NCBI GenBank assembly: GCA_951406725.2
Contig: OX597833.1
Span: 54,808,001-54,872,000, forward strand
Length of the DNA stretch: 64,000 nucleotides
Source: Octopus vulgaris
Taxonomy: Eukaryota
Direction of reading: 5' to 3'
A model generated the notes under the pieces. The model was not told the DNA's origin. It saw only the letters and a list, made by a program, of their open reading frames with translations, and made no database searches. The position numbers and the translations under genes were made by a program. Positions 13,873 to 25,525 of this stretch are shown one piece after another; position 1 is the first letter of the stretch; each line of letters starts with the position of its first letter.

Positions 13873-14290
13873 TTGCTTTATTGCCCACAAGGGCCCAAAC
13901 ACAGAGGGAACAAATAAGAACAGACAAAGGGATTAAGTTGATTACATTGACCCCAGTGCGTAACTGGTACTTAATTTATCGACCCCGAAAGGATGAAAGG
14001 CAAAGTCGACTTCGGCGGAATTTGAGCTCAGAACGTAATGGCAGACAAAATAACTATTTCTTTACTACCCACAAGGGGCTAAACACAGAGGGGACAAACA
14101 AGAACAGACACACGGATTAAGTTGATTACATCGACCCCGGTGCATAACTGGTACTTAATTTATCAATCCCGAAAGGATGAAAGGCAAAGTTGACCTCAGC
14201 GGAATTTGAACTCAGAATGTAACGGCAGACGAAATACGGCTATGCATTTCGCCCGGTGTGATAACGATTCTACCAGCTCACCGCCTTCAG
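13873..14290 (-). mobile_element. SINE family B, tandem dimer
   Basis: Head ggcggtgagctggtagaatcgtta...gagttcaaattccgc, with two body units. Confidence 0.85.
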
Positions 14291-14882
14291 ACAGACAACA
14301 TACCATTAAGCATTGTGCCTAGCATGCTAACAATTCTGCTGGTTCACCACCTTCTGTAGCATCACATATTAAATATGTACTTCTTGTCCAAGGACAAAGG
14401 ATAAGACGCAGGCACTCTTCTTGTCATCCCTGGGTCTTATTATAAGTCTGTGGTTCACAAGGATACAAGTTATTCAATCAGTTGCTCAACCTGTGGAATC
14501 ATTATTTGCCAGTGTGGTCAAGAATAACAGCCATCACCTGTAGCTTTTTAAAGAATTAAGAAATAGGGAAGACAGATGGAATAAAGAGATGAACAAAGAC
14601 AGGTGTAACCAGGTGCAGCAGTTGCGAAACTTAAAATGTTGGAGGCTAGTCTATAACAACAAACAAGAGATAAGTGATTTACGCAGGAAAGTGGTTCTTC
14701 AGAATGAAAGACTATATGGAGAGTTTATGGGAAGAACTAGAAAACATTTATTTTCTTTCATTGCTACCTATGGATTCTTTGATTACTATTTTATTCTGGT
14801 GGACGCCCCCCACCCTGATAGCCTTTTGATGTTTAAAAATTAGTTTAATAGATACTTCTTTCAAAATTCCTGTTTTGCTCTC

Positions 14883-15041
14883 AGGAGTGGATGTGTGGTA
14901 AGTAGCTTGCTTACCAACCACATGGTTCCGAGTTCAGTCCCACTGCGTGGCAGCTGGGGCAAAGTGTCTTCTACTATAGCCTCGGGCCGACTAGAGCCTT
15001 GTGAGTGAATTTGGTAGATGGAAACTGAAAGAGGCCCGCCA

Positions 15042-15083
<42 letters not shown>

Positions 15084-15272
15084 GTGTGTGTATATGTTTG
15101 TGTTTGTCCCCCCCTACATCGCTTGACAACCGATGCTGGTGTGTTTACGTCCCTGTAACTTAGCCGATAGAATAAGTACTAGGCTTACAAAGAATAAGTC
15201 CTGGGGCGATTTGCTCAACTAAAGGTGTTGCTCCAGCATGGCCACAGTCAAATGACTGAAACGAGTAAAAGA
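14883..15272 (+). mobile_element. SINE family A
   Basis: Matches the 12075 copy. Confidence 0.85.
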
Positions 15273-15950
15273 AAGTAAAGAGTATGTTCACCTGTGTAGG
15301 TTGAACTATGTAAAACATTAGAGAAAGAAACCAATGAATAGATCTGAAACAAAATTGTTTCATGGACCCTTAATATATTACAGTGCATCCCCAATTTACT
15401 ATTTTGTTCGTGTGGAGCACCTAAAGTTTTAAATGGACCCCCTAGGGATCATATGGACCCTAGATGAGAACCACTGCCATAAACCCCTTAGAAAGTAAAA
15501 ATAGGACTTGCTTGTTGTACACATTATAAATAAACCCTTTGTCTACATAAAAACCCCTTCTCCTTGACTTACGATCCATGCAGCTTACGACTGTCTGCAC
15601 TAATGACCACAAAAAAAAAAGGAAATAAAAAAATCAATTATCAGATGTTGGGTTCCTGCATGTATGATAACTATAGCAGCATCTGGCAATGCAGGCCTCT
15701 ATCAAACCAAGGCAACCACAGCCTGCCACTGTCTCTCACTCAGTTACTTTCAAGCATCAGTCGCATTTGTCTGAAAATAGCGTTGGAATATGTAAATCCA
15801 ACATATGACCAAATTGACTTATGGCCCATCAGTCGGAACGTAACTCAGTCGTAAGTCGAGATGATGTAGAGTTAAAACAACACCATTAATGTAGATAACA
15901 GTATAGTCAGTTTGGTTGTTGCAAGGTACCATATTTGGCAGCATATTAAC

Positions 15951-16692
15951 CCTTTCGTTACTGTATTTATTTTGAGATACTCTGTGTTTCTTTCAATTGC
16001 TTTAACCCTTTTGTTACCAACCTGGTCGTGTACAAATGTCTTGTTTTCAATAGTTCTGAATTAAAATCTTCCACCAAACCTTAGTCACAATTTACCAGCC
16101 TGGCCGTGTACAAATGTCTTGTTTTCAAAAGTTCTGAATTAAAATCTTCCACCAAACCTTAGTCACAATTTACCAACCTGGCCGTGTACAAATGTCTTGT
16201 TTTCAAAAGTTCTGAATTAAAATCTTCCACCAAACCTTAGTCACAATTTACCAGTCTGGCCGTGTACAAATGTCTTGTTTTCAAAAGTTCTGAATTAAAA
16301 TCTTCCACCAAACCTTAGTCACAATTTACCAACCTGGCTGTGTACAAATGTCTTGTTTTCAAAAGTTTTGAATTAAAATCTTCCACCAAACCTTAGTCAC
16401 AATTTATGTTCCTAACACTAGCTTAATGATAACGAAGTTATTTTACTAAATTCTTTGTTATATTGAAAATTAATTGAAAGAAACGTAGCGCATCTCAAAA
16501 TAAATACAGTAACAAAAGGGTAAAATATAACAAAGAATTTAGTAAAATAACTTGGTTATCATTCAGCTAGAGTTACGAACATAAATTGTGACTAAGGTTT
16601 GGTGGAAGATTTTATTTAATTCAAGACTTATGAAAACAAGGCATTTGTACTCAGAGCCAGAGTCAGTTTCAGCCAGGTTGGTAACAAAAGGG
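15951..16692. mobile_element. TTAA MITE with an inverted same-family copy nested inside; inner copy has a 5 x 78-bp tandem array (16016-16405)
   Basis: Termini ccctttcgttac / gtaacaaaaggg with TTAA; units start at 16016, 16094, 16172, 16250, 16328. Confidence 0.8.
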
Positions 16693-16939
16693 TTAAGGGG
16701 CACTTTTTTCCCAAATAACTACTGCTGAAATTGGGGTTTTTATGCCATCAAATATGGTAACTCATTTGAAGGGCATAGTACAGTGACAGTAACAATATCT
16801 TGCATGTCTTTACTATTGTTTACTGACCAAGTTATCAGATATACCAATTTACATATTAGACGCATTCCTGGAACTGGTATGTAAACATTAAAGGTTTGTA
16901 GGTATGTGATACTTTTGTTATGCAAGCACAATATACTAT

Positions 16940-17248
16940 TTATTTGTTCCTTCTTGAGCCATACCTGGCTCATAAGAGCCGATTTCCCGGTTTCTTGGCG
17001 TATAGGTTCCCCACCTGGACAGGACACTGGTCCGTCCGTCGCAGGTGAGTTGCAATATGCAGGAGGAAAGAGTAAGAGAAAGGTGTGGCGAAAGAGTCAG
17101 CAGGAGTTTGCCATTACCTTCTGCCGAATCCGTGTGGAGCTTAAGTGTTTCGCTCATAAACACACACATCGCCCGGTCTGAGATTCGAACCTGCAATCCC
17201 GCGACTACGAGTCCGCTGCTCTAACCACTAGGCCATATGCCTCCACAC
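16940..17248 (-). mobile_element. tRNA-derived SINE family D variant
   Basis: Head gtggaggcatatggcctagtggttagagcagcggactcg...ggttcgaatctc. Confidence 0.75.
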
Positions 17249-17409
17249 AATATACTATGAAGTATGCTGAATGTTTTTATAAGTTCATACCACATTCTAC
17301 TACATCAGCAGTGCTTGTTACATTATTTTAAATGTTGTTTCTACTGAATATCATTTCTATAGAGTACCTGAGGAAATGACCTTAAGAATAATTAAAGTGA
17401 TAATAAAAG

Positions 17410-17813
17410 GTGCAGGAGTGGCTGTGTGGTAAGTAGCTAGTTTACCAACCACATGGTTCCGGGTTCAGTCCCACTGCGTGGCACCTTGGGCAAGTGTCTT
17501 CTACTATAGCCTCGGGCCGACCAAAGCCTTGTGAGTGGATTTGGTAGACGGAAACTGGAAGAAGCCCGTCGTATATATGTATATGTATATACATGTGTGT
17601 GTGTGTGTTTATGTGTCTGTGTTTGTCCCCCACAACATCGCTTGACAACCGGTGCAGGTGTGTTTACATCGCTATAACCTAGCGGTTCGGCAAAAAGAGA
17701 CCAATAGAATAAGTACTAGGCTTACAAAGAATAAGTCCCGGGGTCGATTTGCTTGACTAAAGGCTGTGATCCAGCATGGCCACAGTCAAGTGACTGAAAC
17801 AAGTAAAAGAGAG
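17410..17813 (+). mobile_element. SINE family A, full length
   Basis: Matches the 12075 copy. Confidence 0.85.
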
Positions 17814-18515
17814 AGTAATCCTTTCTTTTATAGGGTCAAGGCCTGGGATTTCGGGAGTAGAGGCTAGTTAATTATATTAATTCTAGTGCTCAAATGAGTT
17901 CAAATTCCGTTGAGGTCGACCTTACCTTTTATCCTTTCGGGGTCGATAAATTAAGTACTAGTTGTGTATTGGGGTTGATCTAATCGAATGGCCCCCTTCC
18001 CAAAAAATTCAGGCATTGTGCCTAGAGAAGAAAAGAATATTTGTTTTATCAACCCCAAAAGGATGAAAGACTAAGTTGACTTCAGTGGAATTTGAACTCA
18101 GAACATTCAAACAGCTGAAATGCTGCAAAGCAGTTTGTCAGGTCTGCTAATGCTTCTGCCAGCTCACCACATCAGCATACTACTACTACTACTACTACTA
18201 CTAATAATAATAATCCTTTCTATCACAGAAACAAGGCCTGAAATTGTGTGTGCGTGTGAGTGTGTGTGTTGGGGGGGGGGTTAATTGATTACATCGACCC
18301 CAGTGTTCCACTGGTACTTATTTTACTGACCCCGAAATGATGAAAGGCAAAGTCGACCTTGGTGGAATTTGAACTTGGAACATAAAGATGGACAAAATAC
18401 CACTAAGCATTTCGCCCGGTGTTCTAACGATTCTGCCAGCTTGCCACCTTAATAACAACAACAATAATAATAATGATAATAATAAATTCTTTATTGACTT
18501 CATTAAGAAAATCAT

Positions 18516-18900
18516 CATCATCATCATTGTTCGACCGTGGTCGAGACAATGGAATTTACCATGTTGCGCCAGACTTCACGGTCCATCATAGCATTACGGA
18601 GGTCCTGTTGCTGGATGCCTGTATCCCTGGAGATTACATCAGGGTAGGAGAGTGTGCGCCCTCTGGTGTTGCGAGTAGATGGCTTCCAGAGGAGAAGAGT
18701 AGAAATTACTTCTTTTTCAGCTCTACAACAATGTCCAGCAAACTGGACTCTCCTACCCTTCAACAGTGCACCTTTAAATATAGTTTCTGATTATAAATAT
18801 CTTGGGTCATACATATCATCATCTGGAAAAGACTTTCTAACTAGAAAGGGTATGGCCTGGTCAGCCTGTAATGACATGCATAAGATCTGGTCATCAAATC
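18516..18900 (-). mobile_element. 5'-truncated RTE-clade LINE with 5' inversion and 12-bp TSD
   Basis: Minus: KGRRVQFAGHCCR...LLLWKP...DREVWR plus (GAT)n tail; plus: DYKYLGSYI...KIWSSNL; TSD taagaaaatcat at 18504-18515 and 18901-18912. Confidence 0.85.
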
Positions 18901-19010
18901 TAAGAAAATCATAATGGACAGTGCAGGACAAAATAAAGAATGTATGTGTGTTGTTGCAAAGGCTTTGTATGTAAACATGTTTAACATAAGGGGAAAATAA
19001 TAATAATAAT

Positions 19011-19455
19011 GAATGGTTGTATACTGTCAATCTAACAAGAACGTGACAGTAGGGGATACACCACTGCTGTATAGCCCTAGGAAGCATCGAACGCCTCCTG
19101 ATAGCTTTGACACATTTTTTCCCTGTGTCCTTATTCAATATTTCTTATTTTGATAATCAGTGAATAAACTTCACTGAATATACATATATACAATTACGAA
19201 GTCGAGGCAAATATCACCAGCTGACCGGTGTCTGCTACTCTAGGCCGATGAAGGACAACGATCCTGAAACACGGTGTCCCTAGATGCAGTTCCGGCGGCC
19301 GGGGGTGTTTGTCTCCCCTTCGTATATGTATATAAGGACACAGGGAAAAAATGTGTCAAAGCTATCTGGAGGCGTTCGATGCTTCCTAGGGCTATACAGC
19401 GGTGGTGTACCCCCTACTGTCACGTTCTTGTTAGATTGACGGTATACAACCATTC
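19011..19455 (+). mobile_element. Non-coding foldback element (124-bp inverted arms) enclosing a hammerhead ribozyme; probably PLE pLTR-derived
   Basis: Arms 19011-19134 and 19332-19455 differ at about 4 positions; interior self-pairs. Confidence 0.8.
19239..19284 (+). ncRNA. Type I hammerhead ribozyme (core CCGAUGA, U4C variant)
   Basis: tctagg-CCGATGA-agga-caacga-tcct-GAAAC-acggtgt-C-cctaga; stem I extends through an internal loop (ctgc/gcag). Confidence 0.75.
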
Positions 19456-19510
19456 TATCGCCCCACCACCGTACATGTCTCTACGAGAGATTTAGAAATT
19501 CAATATTTCT

Positions 19511-19543
<33 letters not shown>

Positions 19544-20689
19544 TATTATTATAAGTTTTATACTTTCATAGCTGTTTATTTTCTTGATATTTATTTATCA
19601 AAGAGTAGAGGAAATGCAGGGTTCATAGCTTATAATTTAATATCTTTGTAGGCTGAGGGTATCAGGATTATTGAGTCGGTTAGAGTTGCAGTTTCAGTTT
19701 GAATATGTATAAGAAAATGGTTAAATAGAGCAGAGTTGACAGATAGGTAGTGTATAGGGGAGTGGGTAAGAATAAGTCAAATGCGTGCTGAATCCATGTA
19801 AATATAAAAATAATTCCAATATCGTTATGTACTAATGCTTTATGTATACAAACTACACTAAGTCAGTGAGTGAAACATAATTTATTCGTTAGTGTGAACA
19901 TATTTAAAGCAAGAAGCATTAAAGTGTTAACTAGAAAATATATGTTGGGCAGAACAATTAATGAGTATTCAAGGACGAATATTTTTAAAATTTTCATCCA
20001 CCAGCGGGAGACAATTCTTGTCATGTTCTGGTCTTATTGTAACCTCATCAGCGAAACAAAAGCCTTCGTTGGATATTTTTAAACGTGTTGAACAGAATAT
20101 TGTTTTATCAGGCAGCATAATCATTATTTGATAGAGGACACACTGTCGATTGATTTTTACCTTCGCATACCACTTGTACTTTATTTTTTAAAATTATTTT
20201 ATTATATCATCTTTCACGCTTCACGAAATACACATTGATAAGATTTTGAACACATGATCAGCCACGACATCGGACCAAAGTAATCGACACAGACTCAGCA
20301 TCCAACAATTTTAACGATAAAATATTTTTTAAACGTGCACATGTTCATAAGAGAAAGATAATAATAATAATAATGATAATATATTTCTTTACTACCCTCA
20401 AGGGGCTAAACACAGAAGGGACAAACAAGGACAGACAAACGGATTAAGTCGATTACATCGACCTCAGTGCGTAACTGGTAACTTAATTTATCGACCCCGA
20501 AAGGATGAAAGGCAAAGTCGACCTCGGCGGAATTTGAACTCAGAACGTAACGGCAGACGAAATACGGCTACGTATAATAATAATAATAATAGTAATAATA
20601 ATAATAATTCTTTTTATTTTTTTTTTATAATAAATTCTTTTTATTTAAAAAATAAATTTTTTTATAATTAATTCTTTTTAAATAATAAC

Positions 20690-20721
<32 letters not shown>

Positions 20722-21479
20722 ACGCTTCTGGCTAGATTTGGATTTAAATGTAAATCGAAACCCGCATCGCAGAGTTAGTTCACTTGGAGCTTGCGCCTTG
20801 CCATTTCTAATATGTATATTTTTTTTTACAGTGCTCGTTATTATGTAAGACCAAATATTGCGTATAGCTTGATGCGCTTTCGAAATGTCTTCTCAACCTG
20901 TGGCTGAGGATAACTCTAGATTGGGTAATACCGTTGTTATACAGATGTTTACTGTTGTAAGGTTCAACAACGGTATAGACCTGACACCAGAAACACCCGT
21001 GATGGAAATATAAACTGGGGAAAAATAAGGAAAAAAAAAACGGGAAAAAAAAGACCCCATACAGGGGATGCAAAAGGGGAAAAAAAAAATAATTAGTATA
21101 ACACGTGTTTATTAATATATATATTTTTTTTTTCGTGTAACAAGCAAGTCGCAACACAGTTTAATGCGTGAAGGAACGAAATTGCATTTAAAAAACAAGA
21201 CGGAAAAAACAAATATATATATTCCCTCGGCAGTAATAATTTGAAAATAATTCTAAATCAACAAGATGGAAAAACAACAGGAAGTGGATGTATTTATTTG
21301 TCTAAAGTGGTAAAGTTTTCTCGCTCGTTCATATTGTCTTTGAGAAGAAGAGGCACCGCTCGGCGTGCGTGTGTGTGTGTGTGTGAATTAGTGAGTAAAA
21401 TTCTATACTATAAGCACAACCTCTTCCTGCAATTTACGTTCACCTCCTGTGGTTCTTTTATTTTTTTCCCTCCTCTCTC

Positions 21480-21880
21480 TGTACATGTTTATATATATAT
21501 ATTTCTTTCTTTCTTTTCTCTCTCCAGATCTCTATCCCGTTCTCTCTCTCTCTTGCTTCTTCTTTGCTCTCTCTATCTTGATCGCTCTCTCTCTCTGTTC
21601 TTTTACTTTCTCTCTATCCTGATCTCTCTCTCTCTGTTCTTTTACGTTCTCTCTATCCTGATCTCTCTCTCTGTTCTTTTACGTTCTCTCTATCCTGATC
21701 TCTCTCTCTCTGTTCTTTTACTTTCTCTCTCTCGCCTCTTTTTTACTCTCTCTCTCTGCTCTTTTACGTTCTCTCTATCCTGATCTCTCTCTCTGTTCTT
21801 TTACGTTCTCTCTATCCTGATCTCTCTCTGTCTGTTCTTTTACTTTCTCTCTCTTGCTTCTTTTTTACTCTCTCTATCCT

Positions 21881-21915
<35 letters not shown>

Positions 21916-21950
21916 GTTCATTTACTTTCTCTCTCTTTCTCCCTCCCTCC
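21480..21950. repeat. CT-rich minisatellite with about 37-bp higher-order units
   Basis: Recurrent ctctctatcctgatctctctctctgttcttttacgtt. Confidence 0.9.
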
Positions 21951-21959
21951 CTCACTACA

Positions 21960-22130
21960 CACTATCTTTCTCTCACGACTCGAGTGCGCTTCGTCTAATT
22001 AGCAAAAAATGGGCATGCGCACTTTGAAATAGCTAGGCGGGAAGGATTGTCAATATTATGGATGACGAGGTGAGGTGGTACAAACTACGTGATTATGTCG
22101 ACTCAATATTCCTTTAAACTAGAGGTAAGT
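21960..22130 (+). promoter_or_regulatory. Candidate promoter and first exon ending at a consensus splice donor
   Basis: SINE-free, CpG-enriched unique DNA; NRF1-like gcatgcgca near 22013; GAG|gtaagt at 22124/22125; ATG at 22095 gives MSTQYSFKLE. Confidence 0.4.
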
Positions 22131-25100
22131 GAATCTAGAATTCCTTTTCCGAATACGTCTATACATATATCCAGGTATCGCTGCATTTTATGCCGTCCTT
22201 TTCGTCCGATTTTCCCGAGAAAAAATTTTTTTTTTCCCTCGGCTCGTTTCAGCGTGTGTCTTGTTCATTGCTTGTGATTCTCGTCTCGAGGCTAACTTCC
22301 CGTCATTAGAGACAAGTGCTTGCTCCTCTCACTACATAATAAATATCACCACCACCACTAGCACTACCTCTTCTACCCTCTCTCTCTCTCAGCTTTTATT
22401 ATTATTTTCTCCTTTTTCTCTGACAACAAATTCTACCCCACTACCAATCTTTTAACTACACACACACACACGCACTTAAAAAATATTATCTCTCCGAGTA
22501 CCTGTATTTCTTTCATTCTCTCTTAATTACTATTCTTTCCTCTCTCTCTCTCATCTGTCTAATTGCATGCGATTACATTATTTCTCCACATTTATATTTA
22601 TATTCTATAGATCCCGCATTAATTCTTATAAAATTAATACCATACCTTCTTTCTCTAATTGTTATTGTTATTAATATACACCACCTCGCTCTATTTCTTT
22701 CAATATTTACCCCCTCATCTTTATTGCTACTGCCCTTGTTATTATATTTATATTTATATTATTGTATCCTTAGCCTATATATATATATTGTGTTTCCATC
22801 CTACACCTCTAATTAGTTTTATTAACCATCGACACAGCTAAAATATTAAAAAAATAAATAAAAAAATGTCTCGCTCTTGGCCTGGCACCTCTTAGATCTT
22901 TCTCACTCCGCCATCCATATAAGTCAACTGCTTGCTAACGAAGCCCCACAAAGCTCAGCCAATTTTAGTTTCGTTATGCCACCATACTTACCATCATCTC
23001 TCTCAGACATGCAACATTTCGATACAGACATTGGAAAAAAAAAAAAATAATAACAACAAAAAACACGAACCGTTTTTCTTTTTACCCATATCTATTCGAT
23101 TGCTTATATTTTTTTCTGTGTCTATTTTGTTTCATGAAGAATCCAGGTTCTGTTGATTTTTTTTTTCTTCTTCTTTTCCAATTCTGTATTCCATTCAATG
23201 ATCTTCATTTTTACTATTTTAAAAACACACCCGCTGGAGACTATATAAACAAACTGACGTTAGTGTAATCTTCTACCCTCTGTTTCTCTTTTGGTTTCTG
23301 TGTATATACACCCTCGAGCATATATACCTATATACTGAAAGTATCTACCTATAATATATATATTTATATATAGTCATTTCTACCCTTTTACCGATAGAAT
23401 TATTTACATATATTATACACCTGCTATACATTTGCAACCTTTGTTTTAACAAATACATCCAACACGAACTTGCCACAATTAGTAGTATAAAGCCAATTAT
23501 AACTAAAATTATATACATACATGCATGATATATATGTATATATATATAATGTATATGCATGCATGCACATAGCTGCAACATTTTTTGTGCATATACACAA
23601 AAACTTGCATTTATTAAAAGCCTACCAAAATGAGAAAAAAAATTGGTATTTTTTTTTCCTACATACCTACTTGTAATTTATAAAATACTATTTTCTGTAC
23701 ATTAAAATTCCACATAAATATTCATATATGCATCCAACTGCAATTACATGCATATTGAATTAGAAAGAACCTTTAGCCTTTTCCCGATTCTGTCTGTCAT
23801 GTATATTACTACGAAAATATAGTTAGAAACCTGTCATAGAATTATTATTTCATAATATCCTTTTTCCTTTTTGGAAAATTTTATTTCTGATTTGCTTTTC
23901 CTCATATCTTGATTTTTTCCCAAATTTTCACTTTCACCAATTTATTTTCGTAACACTCGCTCCTGAAGAAACTTAATTAAGAGATAAGCAAGAATTTAAA
24001 AACGGCGAAACCATCCCTCCCTCTCCACCTTATCACACGTGTGGTCGTATTTACTATTTAATTACACATTAGTACACGTGTGTATGTGTGAATGTAGAAG
24101 CCATGTGTGTGGTATGGTTTGCCGTGGAACAAATATTTCAGCCTTGCGACCACTTTCTTCCAATCTTCCATTCTGTAACTGGTTTAAATGTGTGTGTGAG
24201 AGAGAGAATTCTTTTATTTCTTCCTTATATTTAACGGAAGGACCAAAAATAATTTCATTATTTAAATATATGCGATTGTGTGTGTGTGTGTGTATTTTGC
24301 TAATTTCTTCCTGTTTACGCGCATATTAGAATAATTTCTCGCCTAGTCTTTTCATAGATTCGAAAAATTCTTACCTAATAATTATATAACATAAAAGAAA
24401 CGGTGTGTGAACCGTACCATACATGCATGATTATTTTAGCAGCATTTTTTTTTTAGAATATCTATTGAGTTTCCACCTGGGCATAATATATATATCTTCG
24501 CGATTACTGCTATCTCCAGGTGTTCTTTCTATCTAAACTGTCAAATGATGTTTTTAACACTGTAAAAAAAAGAAAAGAAAAGGCATCCCTTCGATATATA
24601 TATATATATAATTTTGATGTGATTTGATGAACATGATGAGGTTAGCGGTGTGCATCGACGGCCCACTTTCTCGTGTTTATATAATCGGACTCCCTGGATT
24701 GTTACAAAATATTCTGCATGACATCTCTCATCTCTATGGATGGATGTAGGAAGTTATTTTCCTCCATAGCAGCTAGAGGGAAGCAAATCTCATTCACACC
24801 GCTTCACACACGCTCACGAAAATGTGTGTAAATTGCAGAAATCCGGTGATTGCTAATGACTTGTGTATTTACATAGAAATTAGAATAGATTATGTGGAAA
24901 AGGTATACATATATAAAAAAACTAAATCCATAATCAAACTTTCGAAATTGAAGCCACGAGTAAATTCTTTCCAGTTCTTATTACATAAAGAATTGGCGAA
25001 ATGATCGCGTGTATGTGTCGACACATACATGCATACTTATGCTCTATGAACATGGATGTGTATACATGTGTGCATTAAAATCTGTGCATATATGTACATT

Positions 25101-25305
25101 TGTGTCTATACTTGCTTACATGTACATGTATCTGTGCATATATACTCACACATACGAATACATAAACAGTTTGAAAGTGAACATCTAATTCAAACAGTGT
25201 TTTTAATTGGAATATGTATTAATTACACTCAAGCAAAATATGAAGTGGAAGTTGCTTATTGTGGTCACTTTGGGACGGACCCTCTTAAATAACGATACCC
25301 TAGTC

Positions 25306-25525
25306 CAGTGGTTTTGAATCAGGGTTCTGCGGAACCGTAGGATTCCGCCAGTACAGTCCAGGGGTTCCACAAGAAATTACAAAAAATGCTAAAATCGACA
25401 GTAATTTTTAATTCTCCTGTGCAGATATGTGTGCACATGACAATTAAATTATTGCACAGGGGTTCCCCGAATCAGTAAAATGTTTTCTTGGGGTTCCGCT
25501 CCAGCAAAAAGGTTGAAAAGCACTG
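25306..25525. mobile_element. hAT (Charlie-type) MITE
   Basis: TIRs cagtggtttt/aaaagcactg and perfect 8-bp TSD ccctagtc. Confidence 0.9.

Noticed and set aside
22058-22117. Actin-like start MDDEV
   Set aside because: Similarity ends after five residues and the frame stops at codon 20
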